From positions 1,240,001 through 1,304,000 of the forward strand of contig CM082590.2 in assembly GCA_040954595.2 (NCBI GenBank): a stretch of 64,000 bases of DNA, given 5' to 3'. This document shows, piece by piece, positions 52,116 to 63,183 of the stretch. The first letter of the stretch is position 1. Each line of letters opens with the position of its first letter. Source of the stretch: Balanoglossus misakiensis (Eukaryota; Animalia; Hemichordata). The notes below the pieces were generated by a model that made no database searches, was not told the origin of the DNA, and worked only from the letters and a program-made list of their open reading frames with translations. The position numbers were made by a program, and so were the translations under genes.

Positions 52116-52767
52116 TGACCATACTGGCTTGGTCATCTTCTAGTGGACTATGAGGTGAACTTCTGTGGTCATTAAGGTCCACTTCTGTTTGACTGCAGGC
52201 CTGGTCTTCAGCACCGTGACTGACCATACTGGCTTGGTCATCTTCCAGTGGACTATGAGGTGAACTTCTGTGGTCATTAGGGTCCACTTCTGTTTGACTG
52301 CAGGCCTGGTCTTCGGCACCATAACTGACCATACTGGCTTGGTCATCTTCAAGTGGACTATGAGGTGAACTTCTGTGGTCATTAGGGTCCACTTCTCTTT
52401 GACTGCAGGCCTGGTCTTCAGCACCATAACTGACCATACTGGCTTGGTCATCTTCCAGTGGACTATGAGGTGAACTTCAGTGGTCATTAAGGCCCACTTC
52501 TGTTTGACTGCAGGCCAGGTCTTCAGCACCGTGACTGACCATACTGGCTTGGTCATCTTCCAGTGGACTATGAGGTGAACTACTGTGGTCATTAGGGTCC
52601 ACTTCTGTTTGACTGCAGGCCTGGTCTTCAGCAACACAACTGACCATACTGGCTTGGTCATCTTCCAGTGGACTATGAGGTGAACTTCTGTGGTCATTAG
52701 GGTCCACTTCTGTTTGACTGCAGGCCTGGTCTTCAGCAACACAACTGACCATACTGGCTTGGTCATC
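52116..52767 (-). repeat. 105-bp repeat, array 3 (~6 units)
   Basis: Same unit, preceded by a third copy (51744-52115) of the unique segment. Runs into unique coding sequence toward the PHD finger. Confidence 0.97.
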
Positions 52768-53516
52768 TAGGTACCCAATAGTCAGACAGTCATGACCACG
52801 GGGCTCATCTTCACCTTGGGTTTCACAGTCTTGAGTCCTATCTTGAACTGAATGGGCGTGATAAGTGCGATGATCCTTTATAATACTGGCCTTGACACCA
52901 GGATAATCATTGTCAGTGTTAGTTTGGTTGTTGGGCTCTTCATTATGCTTATTGCATTGGTTGATGGGACTGTCATTGGTTTTTCTGGTTTGGTCATAAG
53001 GGGCTCCTTGTACATTACTTGGGCACCATTGCAATCATTGGTTGAAGTATGAGCATTTTCATCAGGAAAAACATGTGCGATACTGAATTCTTCAGGTTTT
53101 ACTCTGGCAGTTGAATGAGAGTGTTTAGAACTTGCAGTTGGTGGATTATAGCAATCCAATTTATGGTGACCATCAAGTTTTTCTTTGTCTTCTGAGTTTA
53201 TGCCATTATTTTTATCAGTGTCTATATCTGTGAATGTGGTACTATCCTGTCCTTGCAACAGTCCCTTTATATTTCCATCACATCTTGCATAGGTAAATTG
53301 GCAATCGATGATCATAGAAAATCCACTTCTTCCAAAGGGCTCTGATTTCACGGGATTAGGATGTACTGCTTCACAGCTATTTTCTCTGTTTTCTGTCTTG
53401 TTTTCTGCCGTTTTTGTTTGAGGGATATCGTTTGTAATTTTTTTATCAGAAGTATTGGTTTTGGGATGTTCACAACTCATTTTTGTGGTTTTCTCTGTGC
53501 GTTTTTCTTGCATTTT

Positions 53517-53665
53517 TGTGCAATCAGGACAAAAATATGTTTTGATCTTCTTTACATCTTTCATGGTTGTTCCTACACATCTTGGATGGAACCAGTTATC
53601 ACATCCATCACAACCAATCATGGGTTTCTTTTTGTCATTTGGTTTTTGACACTTGCAGTAAAGTT
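53517..53665 (-). CDS. PHD finger within the transposase gene
   Basis: LYCKCQKPNDKKKPMIGCDGCDNWFHPRCVGTTMKDVKKIKTYFCPDC is a complete C4-H-C3 pattern. The first CxC lies just upstream of the listed ORF start at 53621. Confidence 0.93.
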
Positions 53666-55172
53666 GTGGCTTTATCTTCCCTCTTTTGGGAGCTGAAATG
53701 GGTCAATTGGTTCCTTATAGTGAAAAGAACTAGCGATAATCAATTTAGATTCTGATGAATTGTTTTTCAGTTGAAGCATTATTAGTGTAAGCCGCTGAGA
53801 CAAGAATGGTTGCAAAAGTTTATTTTTTTAAATTTGTTGCTACAACATATTCATGAATTATCATTAGGGAATATATGGTTTGATAGTAATGCCATGCCAT
53901 TATACAATGAATTTCCTTTACCTTTAATGTTGACTTGATGTTTATCATCCAATTTTCGCTTTTTCCCACGCATTTCTCACACTGAAACAAGAAGGAATCA
54001 TAATTAAGTACACTAAAATATTGTAAGTAGCAACAGGGTCAAGAGACAAACTTGGCAACATTAAAACCAAATGTTGTAGTACAATTCACAAGGTAACTAT
54101 CACTCTTTCTTTGCAGGGGACTAGCCTATTCTTATTGCGACGCATTGTGTGAAAGAATGGTGCAGGTAAGTCATTGTGTTCCTATCTATTTACCTTACAA
54201 TATTCATTCTTTTGAACAAAAACAAAACTAATCTTTGACAAAATGTTACTTTTAAGTGAATATACTTTGCAAACCACCAATCAGTCATCTTATTATTAAA
54301 ATAAGACATGTTGCCTGGGAAATTGATAGAGACTTACGCAATAACCCCCTGCCGGGGGCAGGCATACCACAAGATATATATGACAATTCACAACATAAAT
54401 CCACGAGTATCAGCAGGGGTGGGAGGTTGCTATTTTATTATATTAATTCAATTTTGTAGAGTTTAGACATTAAAATTGATAAGAATGGGCCGCATTCAAA
54501 TACTTCCGAAGGTCATTTGCTTGTGACAGTATTTTATGAAATGGACCCCAGAACAAGTACTTCAACATTCTCCAGAAATAGTCACACACTCAAAATATGA
54601 TGAGAATCTCAATCATATTACACCATGTCAAACGCATGTTATTTGAAGTGTCAGAAAATTTTTCCTGAGATCCAAATCTTGAACTCGTGGTCTGTTTGTT
54701 TTCACATTCAACTTGTATATTCATATAACACTTAAACAGTGAATTATGCTCTATTTAACCATGGCTGGCATACACCGAAAGAGGGTCTCAGCCAATCATG
54801 ACACTGTATCTATGGCACTGTTGCACTGATAAATATATCATTGGTAACAACCTTAGAGTTTCCTTTATTGTGCCAGCATAGTTAGGCTTGTTTGTTGTAA
54901 AATCTTTTCATGAATGATAATTTTGTCATTTTAAAGACTTAGAAATAATTTACCACTGATGCTGAAATAATTGATAGTCTATTTAAGTATAAAATGCACA
55001 AGTTATTTTGTCCAAAGAGCCATTAGTAACCAGTGAAAGAGTGCCACCTATCAGCCAAAAGAGGATTAAAACTAGTGTCTTTGAGATTCCACCCCCTGAA
55101 AACCTGAAAATGCTATTTGTGAAATGAATGTCTGATGAAATTCAATGATATGGTAACTACATGTGTCAGTAG

Positions 55173-55404
55173 TGATAAGGGTACGATTATAAACATTGGA
55201 CTTGTTGAAAGGACGTGACCCCTGACCTCGCGTGTTCAGGCGCCCTCTTGAGTCGGGCGGAATTATTGGTTTGTGTGTGGGGTGTTATAGGGCGAGTTCC
55301 CTTGTGTACATGTTGATGTTAAGAGTTCCCGTTTTCCAGAATATACTGACTGAAACGATACAGTTGGCTGGTGTGTACCTTCTTATAATTTCCCCCCATT
55401 AACA
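55173..55404 (+). repeat. 5' LTR (TG...CA, 232 bp)
   Basis: TGATAAGGGTACG...CCCCATTAACA; matches 60241-60458. Confidence 0.93.
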
Positions 55405-55405
55405 T

Positions 55406-55423
55406 TGGTGGCAGCGGTGGGAT
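55406..55423 (+). promoter_or_regulatory. Primer binding site complementary to tRNA-Leu 3' end
   Basis: TGGTGGCAGCGGTGGGAT one base after the LTR; reverse complement of the ..ATCCCACCGCTGCCACCA end of metazoan tRNA-Leu(AAG/UAG). Confidence 0.8.
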
Positions 55424-55521
55424 AGTGCTGTGACTGGAAGGGTCGTTACTTCTTTGTTGGGACTGTACCAGACCGATCGACATTACCCGCGGTTCAGAAG
55501 AAGTGTAGCATTCAACACAAA

Positions 55522-56388
55522 ATGGCGGCCACGTTGATGACTTGGGATGGGAGTGATGGTACGGAGATTGAGAGCCATATTTGTCAGGTGGCGGCATACG
55601 TTGTTGCCAAAGATGTTACAGATGAATGGAAGAAAGTAGCCAGCCTCCATTTGTCTTTGAAGGGTGAGCCTAAGAACTTTTTCACGCAACTGCAAGTCAG
55701 CCAGACAAATACATTTGAAAATGCGTCAAAAGCCCTAAAAGATCGGTTCAAGTCGATGAAAACAACGACACAGTATCAGCAAGAACTGGCAGAACGCAAG
55801 CAAAAAGCTGGTGAGTCTGCACAAGAGTTGAAATTTGCCATCATAGACCTTGTTTCTCATGCCTATCCCGAGGTCAAAGATGAAACAACGCGCCTAACAC
55901 TGGCAGTTGCTCATTTCCGTACAGCATTACATGGTGACATAAGCAGGAAACTGTCCTGGATAACAACTGAAAAGGAGACTTTAGATGACTTAGTGAAACG
56001 AGCTGTACAGTTGGAGAGAGATTCCTCTTCAATCAGAATAGTTGAAAGTGGCGCTGCAAATAACACTGAGGATTCTGTTGTTACTGATGAACTGCTCAAA
56101 AAGTTAGACGAACTTGCAACCGGACAGGCAAAGCTGGCAGGTACAGTTGCTGCAATACAAACACAACAACAACAGAACAGAAATGGTTATAATCAGAGGA
56201 CACCACGAACCTGTTACACATGTGGTAAAACTGGCCATATTGCCCGGAATTGCCGTGCTGGTCAGCGAGGTCCGGTAGGAGCATTGAACAGGTTTCGGGG
56301 CCTGTGTCACAGATGTCAGCAGGTTGGCCATCGTGCTGCTGAATGTACAGCACCAGCACCAGTGCAAACACATCCGGGAAACTTCTAA
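55522..56388 (+). CDS. gag: Gag with two CCHC zinc knuckles
   Basis: CYTCGKTGHIARNC and CHRCQQVGHRAAEC; RKQKAGES capsid-type motif. Confidence 0.92.
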   Translation: MAATLMTWDGSDGTEIESHICQVAAYVVAKDVTDEWKKVASLHLSLKGEPKNFFTQLQVSQTNTFENASKALKDRFKSMKTTTQYQQELAERKQKAGESAQELKFAIIDLVSHAYPEVKDETTRLTLAVAHFRTALHGDISRKLSWITTEKETLDDLVKRAVQLERDSSSIRIVESGAANNTEDSVVTDELLKKLDELATGQAKLAGTVAAIQTQQQQNRNGYNQRTPRTCYTCGKTGHIARNCRAGQRGPVGALNRFRGLCHRCQQVGHRAAECTAPAPVQTHPGNF

Positions 56389-59300
56389 GGGCTGGAGGTG
56401 GTGGTCAGTCTCCTTCAGCAAGAAACCAGCTGACCGAACCTGTTGTGTCTGTTGCATCACTGGCGGGACCACTACCGAATGGAATTGAGATTGAAGGATT
56501 TATTGGAGGAAAGAAATGTACGTGGTTGATAGACACTGGTGCCCAGATAAGTGTTGTTGTTGATACATTGATTGAAGGAGCCCAAGGAACTCTTTTACCC
56601 CCACTTTATAACCCCCAAGGAGCGAATGGGAGCAGCCTTGGAACTGTATGTGATATTGTGACAGACTGCCACGTCGGTAAACATAAAGTCATCCAGCACC
56701 GATTTACTGTAGTCAAACATTCAACATACCCAGCCATCATTGGCATGGATATTTTCCCTTCATTGCCAATCCATTTGTCAATTGGGACTGATGTTTACTA
56801 CGATTCAAGTTCGCTGTCACATGGCGAGAAATCACAAAGACTGGACAGATCAAGGCATAATGAATGTAAAACGAACATGCGTCCACAACAGCCAACAATC
56901 TGTCGCATCCAAGCCAAAGAGCCAATCACTGTTTTGCCGCGGCGTATGTGTGTGATTGAAGGCACAGTGGAGTATAACTTGAGTCCAGGGACAGTTGGTA
57001 TTGTTGAATCAGCAGGATCCGAAGGAAGTGAACGTATGGGCATTGGTTGTGGACGTGTGTTAGATGTAATACGTACCGGAAGCAAAGTCCTAATGCACAT
57101 GACCAACCCATCCAATACTACTTGTGAAATTGCTGCAGGATCCACTATTGGTACATTTTCCACAAACATTTGCGATACACCAGCAGTTCAGGCTGTGACT
57201 TCAAAGACTACAAAAGCACAGAGAGCAGCAAAAGTGGATAAAATGGCACGTTCTTTTGCTAGCGAGGCTGACATTACAGGGAGTGAAACACACCGATTGT
57301 ATAAACTGATTCAATCAAATAGTGATGTGTTTTCAGTCGAAGGAGAACTGGGGTTGACCGATAAGATAGAACATGAAATTCCTACAGGCCAGGCAGCTCC
57401 TACTGCTCAACCGCCACGACGTGTGCCCTTCAACAAACTGCATGAGGTGGAGAACTTCATACAGGATGGTCTGAAGGCAAATTTGATCAGACCGAGCCAT
57501 AGCCTATGGTCGAGCCTTTGGTACTTGTGAAGAAGCAGAATGGCTCAACACGCTTCTGTGTTGATTTTCGACAGTTAAATGAAGTAACTGTTGGCGATTC
57601 ATTTCCGATTCCACGAATTGATGACAGTCTAGCAGCACTTGGCGGGGCAAAGATATTCACCACACTTGATTTAGCGAAGGGGTATTGGCAGTTACCTGTG
57701 AAGGAATCGGACCGCCACAAAACAGCATTTGCCTGTCACAGAGGCTTGTTTGAGTTCAACACCATGCCCTTTGGGCTCAAGGGAGCCCGTGCAACTTTTC
57801 AGAGACTTATGACATCAGTTTTTAGCGAACTGAACTGGGAGATACTGTTAATCTACCTTGATGATGTCATTGTATTTTCGAGCAGTTTTGATGAGCACCT
57901 GGAGCACCTGTGTATAGTGTTTGGAAAGCTGCGTGAAGCTTGCTTGAAATTGAATGTGGAGAAGTGTGTTTTTGCTCGGAAGCATGTGAAGTACCTAGGC
58001 TATATTGTGGGCGAAGAGGGCATACAACCGGACCCAGACAAAGTATCTGCGATTTCAAATTACCCAAGACCACAGTCTGTTGCTGAGTTGCGTCGCTTCT
58101 TAGGTATGGCGTCGTATTATCGACGTTTCATCAACAAATTTGCAGACATAGCTCATCCCCTACATGAACTCACCCAGAAAAATGTAGGTTATAACTGGAC
58201 CAATGCTTGTCAGAATGCATTTGATCAACTGAGAGAAAAGCTGATGTCATACCCTGTGTTGGTATATCCATGTTTCACAGAAGACTTTGTCGTTGAGACT
58301 GATGCCAGTGATATCGGTTTGTGTGCACTCCTTTGCCAAAGTGGCCATGTCATAGAATATGCGTCTAGAGCGTTGAACAAGGCAGAAAAGAACTACTCAG
58401 CAACAGAGAAAGAATGCCTTGGAGTTGTATGGGCCCTGGAGAAATTTGGCATGTACTTGGAAGGGAGACCTTTAACTGTGATAACGGATCACAAACCCCT
58501 GACGTACCTACGGCAACTGAAGCAACCTAAAGGAAAGCTAGCACGTTGGCGGGTAACACTAGACAACTACGACTTCACAATTTCACACAGGCCAGGGAAT
58601 TTGATGACTGTGGCTGATGCATTGTCAAGAGCACCACATGTTCATGCAGTTACCTTGACTGGCATTTGACAATAGACGAACGAGTCAGACTACAGCAAAA
58701 TGATCAACATGTTGGCATAATGCGTCGTTGGGTAAAGGATGGCACAAAACCCAGAAACATTCCAAACCATGTCAACAGTTTCCTTGTCAAAGATGGGAAG
58801 ATGTTGGACTTCCGTGACGATTTATTGGTTCTCAAGACAAAGAAGGGGGACATGCCAGTAGAACAAGTTGTTATTCCACAGACAGAAGCAGAGCGTGTAC
58901 TCACAGCACTTCATGACGAACTTGGACACTTTGGACCAGCTAAAACAAAATCAGCCGTCGGTTCCAGGTATTTCTGGTTTCACTGGAAAAGAGATGCCAA
59001 TTTGTGGTGTCGCTCATGTCGATCATGCTTACAGCGCAAAACTCTAACTATACCTGACCACCCACCTGAAGGTGATTTACCAATTCCTGATCGACCCCTT
59101 CAGTGGTGGCACATGGATTTTGCAGGACCTTTACCTAAGACACCACGTGGAAACAGGTACATCTTTTCGCTAACAGACCCAATCAGTAAATGGGTAGAAG
59201 CATTCACAGTGCCTGATGAGACAGCCAAAACAACAGCGGCCATAATATATGATGAGATTGTTTGTCGACCGTACAATCCACGCGGCAATGGCCAAGTTGA

Positions 59301-60102
59301 ACGGATGAACAAGACGACTGCAGAACGTCTGTCTATGATGATCGAAGCGGCTGATCAGACAGACTGGGATGACAAACTCCCAACTGCGCTGTCTGCTATC
59401 AGAACAGTTGAGAGTAGTGTTACACAGGAAACGCCATACTACATGCTGTTTGGATATGAAGCTCGCAACAAGGCAGATTTCTTATCCCCAGCGACATCTG
59501 CGCATAGAGGGAGGAGAGGTGTGGAAGATTACTCGAAACGGTTGGACAATCTTAAGAGGATTCATGAAACGGGGAGGAGAAGAATACTGGCCGAACATGA
59601 GACTCGACACAAGCGCCAGGAACCACTAGTACATTTCAGGCCATTTTCGGTGGGGGAGAAAGTGTGGATATTCAATCTGAAGAGAAGAAAGGGACTCTCT
59701 AAGAAACTAGTTGGAGAACGTTGGCAAGGACCCTATATTGTCAACAGTCGTACTGGACAAACAACCTACCAATTACGACCAATCGGTGTTCACGGAAAAT
59801 TCAAAATAGTGAACCATAGGCGTTTGAAAAGACACCAGGAAAGGCCGCCTCACCTCTCCCAGTGTTATAGCAGTTCCGAGACAAGTGAAACTGAGAATTC
59901 AGAGGAGGAGCCAGAAACACCCGTATGTTTGCCGTACTCAGAGTCTGATAGTGAAGTCGATCGTCTGGACGGTGCAAATATACACTCTGATGATGGACAT
60001 CCACTGGAGCAGTTGGGAGATGCAGAAGTACAAAGACCACAACGGATGCGTCGTACACCCCAGTGGCACCAGGATTATTGTATGAGCGAAGACAGTGACT
60101 GA
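56343..60102 (+). pseudogene. pol: Pol (protease, RT, RNase H, integrase) with frameshifts near 57510 and 58667 and an integrase deletion
   Basis: LIDTGAQIS; RFCVDFRQLN, LDLAKGYWQ, MPFGL, YLDD; ETDAS, YSATEKECL, TDHKPL, ADALSR; HHCC (LHDELGH..CRSCRSC), MDFAGP, GQVERMN, WQGPY. Confidence 0.93.
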
Positions 60103-60240
60103 ATTGTTGTTGGACCATGTTGTGCATGATACTTTTTCAAATGACAATTGTTACAACTGATAAACTTTTAGTGATTAGCACAAACATTCAATTGCATGCT
60201 GTTTCAATGTTTTGAATTGCCATAGTTTAGGACGGAGGAG

Positions 60241-60458
60241 TGATAAGGGTACGATTATAAACATTGGACTTGTTGAAAGGACGTGACCCCTGACCTCGCG
60301 TGTTCAGGCACCCTCTTGAGTCGGGCGGAATTATTGCTTTTGTGTGTGGTGTTTTAGGTGTGCACATGTTGACGTTAAGAGTTCCCGTTTTCCAGAATAT
60401 ACTGACTGAAACGATACAGTTGGCTGGTGTGTACTTTCTTATAATTTCCCCCCCTTAA
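60241..60458 (+). repeat. 3' LTR, truncated at its last TTAA by a MITE
   Basis: Matches the 5' LTR up to TTAA; the terminal CA is missing. Confidence 0.9.
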
Positions 60459-60805
60459 AGGGACAAAGTCTCTTTCTCGCTGCCCTTTTTCCATTAATTA
60501 TGTTTGTAACAAGACATCGTTTATTTTATTCTACATGTGGATATATAGTGAATCAACGTTTGACCATGCACAACTTCCATCCAACTTGTAGACACGAGAG
60601 TGAAAAACTCGCCAAAATGAATAATCGTTCTTTACCATTTATTCATTTTGGCGAGATTTTTACTCTCATATCCTACAAACGGGATGGAAGTTGTGTGTGG
60701 TTGAATGTTGATTCACTATATATCCACATGTAGAATGACATAAATGGTGTCTTGTATCAAACATAATTAATGGGAAAAGGGCCGCAAGAGAGTGACTTTG
60801 TCCCT
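60459..60805. mobile_element. Palindromic MITE, TTAA-flanked (Kolobok-like)
   Basis: TTAA|AGGGACAAAGTC...GACTTTGTCCCT|TTAA; the whole element folds as an imperfect hairpin centred near 60630. Confidence 0.88.
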
Positions 60806-61709
60806 TTAATGATATCAAATATTGTATGAAAATCAAAACTTATTTATAACAAAATGGCAAAAAAATCAAGAAATATCAGTATACCAAAAATTCCTGCAAT
60901 TTTAAAAAATGCAATGCAAAATAAAAATGTAATGTCTCAGTGTAGTGCATTTACTTCCATGAGTTCTAGTGGACGAGATTATGCTTTGTCAATGAAGTTT
61001 CGTGATTGGAAATGCAACATTTTTTGCATTTTCCCACGATGCCGGCCATATTCCTTTGTGGCAAAGCTTTATTATTTATCTGGTTAAAACTTACATATGC
61101 ACTCATTCTTAGGGTTTATTATACATAATAATCCCAAAAGTTGCAGCTCAAGTGCCTTTAATCTAATGATATTTAATAAGTGCCCCCCTATGCAATTTTC
61201 CAATAGTTTCTTCGCAGACAATTTAACTTTGCTACACCTTACATTTCATGTTTCAAGTTTTTACGATTTGTCACCTATTTTTAAATGATTTCATGATGGA
61301 AAACATCTTCAGGTCAATGTCTGTGTGTTCTTATGCTACTTCTGACTCATCAAGATCAAGGCGACTCATAGTGACGTGGTTAAGATTTGATTTGCCGTTA
61401 CCCTTTAATGAATAAGTTTTGAAAAGAATAGAAACTCATTGTGATTACAACTGACAGTATGGGTGTTGTGTACTGATTATTAGCTTATATTTGCACATTT
61501 AATAATTTTTGCTTAATATGAATATTGACTGTACAGTAAAATTAATCAAAGATAAATTGGTAATAATAGACCAGCTTAGATAACTAGTGATCTATGTATT
61601 GACAAAAGTCAGAATTATGTGAAGTCAATCAAGAGAGCTATACACACATAAATGATTTCATAGGAATCTCTCAAGTTTTCAGGAAGCTATCAAGAAACAA
61701 TTAGCTTAA

Positions 61710-62015
61710 AGGGGAAATCCGTCGTAGTTGATTTCTACATAATTTGGTAGCTTTGATGTCACTCTTTCAGAAAAAAACATATTCGCCATGTATAGGACGC
61801 GCGATTTTTTACAAAATCTAGGGAAAGTTGGCAGAATTTCCAATATGGCGTTTACTGTAATTTGAATCATGGGAAAAAAAGCGCCAGGACCAACTTCCGC
61901 CCACCATGGTGTTGGTGAAATCGCGCGACCTATACATGGCGAATATGTTTTTTTCTGAAAGAGTGACATCAAAGCTACCAAATTATGTAGAAATCAGCTA
62001 CGACGGATTTCCCCT
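61710..62015. mobile_element. MITE with long TIRs, TTAA-flanked (Kolobok-like)
   Basis: TTAA|AGGGGAAATCCGTCGTAG...CTACGACGGATTTCCCCT|TTAA, with TIRs of ~95 bp. Confidence 0.9.
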
Positions 62016-62019
62016 TTAA

Positions 62020-62432
62020 GGATGTACGTTCAGTAAAATTGAAAGTATTGTCATTTTTTTTAATTGTGGATTTTTGGATTCTCCTTTGTATGTATAATGA
62101 AAATCCGTAATAAAATATAGGGGTCACTGCGCTTGTTTTAGAAATACAGAGCCATGAATTTAGTCGATAATAGAAGAAAACTGCTGACTCAGCATTTTTC
62201 ACCAATGGTTTGTCTATGGGCAAAATTTTTGACGCAATTTATCTCAAAATAGAGCGCGGTGACCCCTATATTTTATTTAACCAATGAATTTATATTTGCT
62301 GGACTGAGCTATGTGTAAAATTTCGTGAAAATGACAATAGTAGAAGTTTGTTTTCTAGCAATTTTCAATGTAATCCTATGGGAAAAAGACCGGGCGCGCA
62401 CTGTTTCCGGTTTATGTTCTGCGCGTACATCC
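62020..62432. mobile_element. MITE with short TIRs, TTAA TSD (Kolobok-like)
   Basis: TTAA|GGATGTACG...CGTACATCC|TTAA; shares its left TTAA with the preceding MITE. Confidence 0.85.
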
Positions 62433-63045
62433 TTAACAAAATTAAGACTTTTTGATAAAAGTTAGAGGATAACTGTTTTGTTAACTTAAACGATTTACAT
62501 ATGCCCGTGTATGGCTAAAAGAACACATTTATGCTTTTGAATGAATGTGAGATGGCTAACAAGTGAAAATCTGTGATATGCCAGATCTGCAATGCAGCTG
62601 TGGCTAAATTGGCATAGGGGACCATATAACTTTGAAATAGAATCCTGAATGTATTTAACTTCCAATATTAAATTTGACACACATGTTTTGCTATGCCAAT
62701 CCAAATTGGCATAAGTTAGTATGAAAATTGTGAAATGGTATAATTACTGTGGTTCAGGTTACATTAAATATTTGCTTTGTGCAAGCAAGAGTTGACAAGG
62801 TTTTGGTAAATTCTTTGAGCCATTATTTTCTGTCAATAAGAATTCACAAATTTTAATGTGATCAGCAAGTGCCATCAGACGGTTTGAGTGAAAATAGTTT
62901 GTTTCTGTGGTCCTAAACTAAGCTACCCACAATCTGCAGCTGGTCAGTGCCAGATCTGATTCCGTGTATTCCATTAATACGTAACAATTGTTGTGATTGG
63001 TCAGCTCATTTTTGAGCTTCTAATGAAACCGATGCACATAAAATA

Positions 63046-63183
63046 ACAGTAAACGCCATATTGGGAATTCTGCCAACTTTTCCTCGATGTTATAAAAATG
63101 GCAAATATGTTTTTTTTTCTGATAGAGTGATCTCAAAGCTACCAAATTATGTAGAAATCAGCTGGACCGGACTTCATCTTTAA
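63046..63183. mobile_element. Degenerate half-copy related to the 61710-62015 MITE
   Basis: CAAAGCTACCAAATTATGTAGAAATCAGCT and the inverse of 61815-61858 recur here, ending in CTTTAA. Confidence 0.75.

Larger units (their letters stand above)
34323..53973 (-). pseudogene. Large spliced MULE/NOF-like transposase gene: NLS + PHD finger + 35-aa repeats + DDE core + USP-like protease; disabled
   Basis: ATG at 53973 (exon to 53922, MRGKKRKLDD..) splices in phase to 53692 (APKRGKIKPQLYCKC..). Core motifs LHIDAT, VEIDF, HICAAH and NANAEN lie at 37.6-36.6 kb. Terminal exons end at 35889 and span 35534-35346, 35020-34859 and 34524-34323 with GT-AG sites. Several stops and frameshifts. Confidence 0.8.
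55173..60458 (+). mobile_element. Ty3/Gypsy LTR retrotransposon, defective
   Basis: Two LTRs, PBS, gag, PR-RT-RH-IN order and a PPT (AGGACGGAGGAG, 60229-60240). Confidence 0.96.

Noticed and set aside
52878-53973. Host PHD gene (CFP1/DIDO/PHF-like)
   Set aside because: No CXXC, TFIIS-M, SPOC or JmjC domain follows; the exon runs through the repeats into a transposase core, so no host gene symbol is assigned.
55406-55423. tRNA gene
   Set aside because: Only the 18-nt PBS complement is present, with no cloverleaf.
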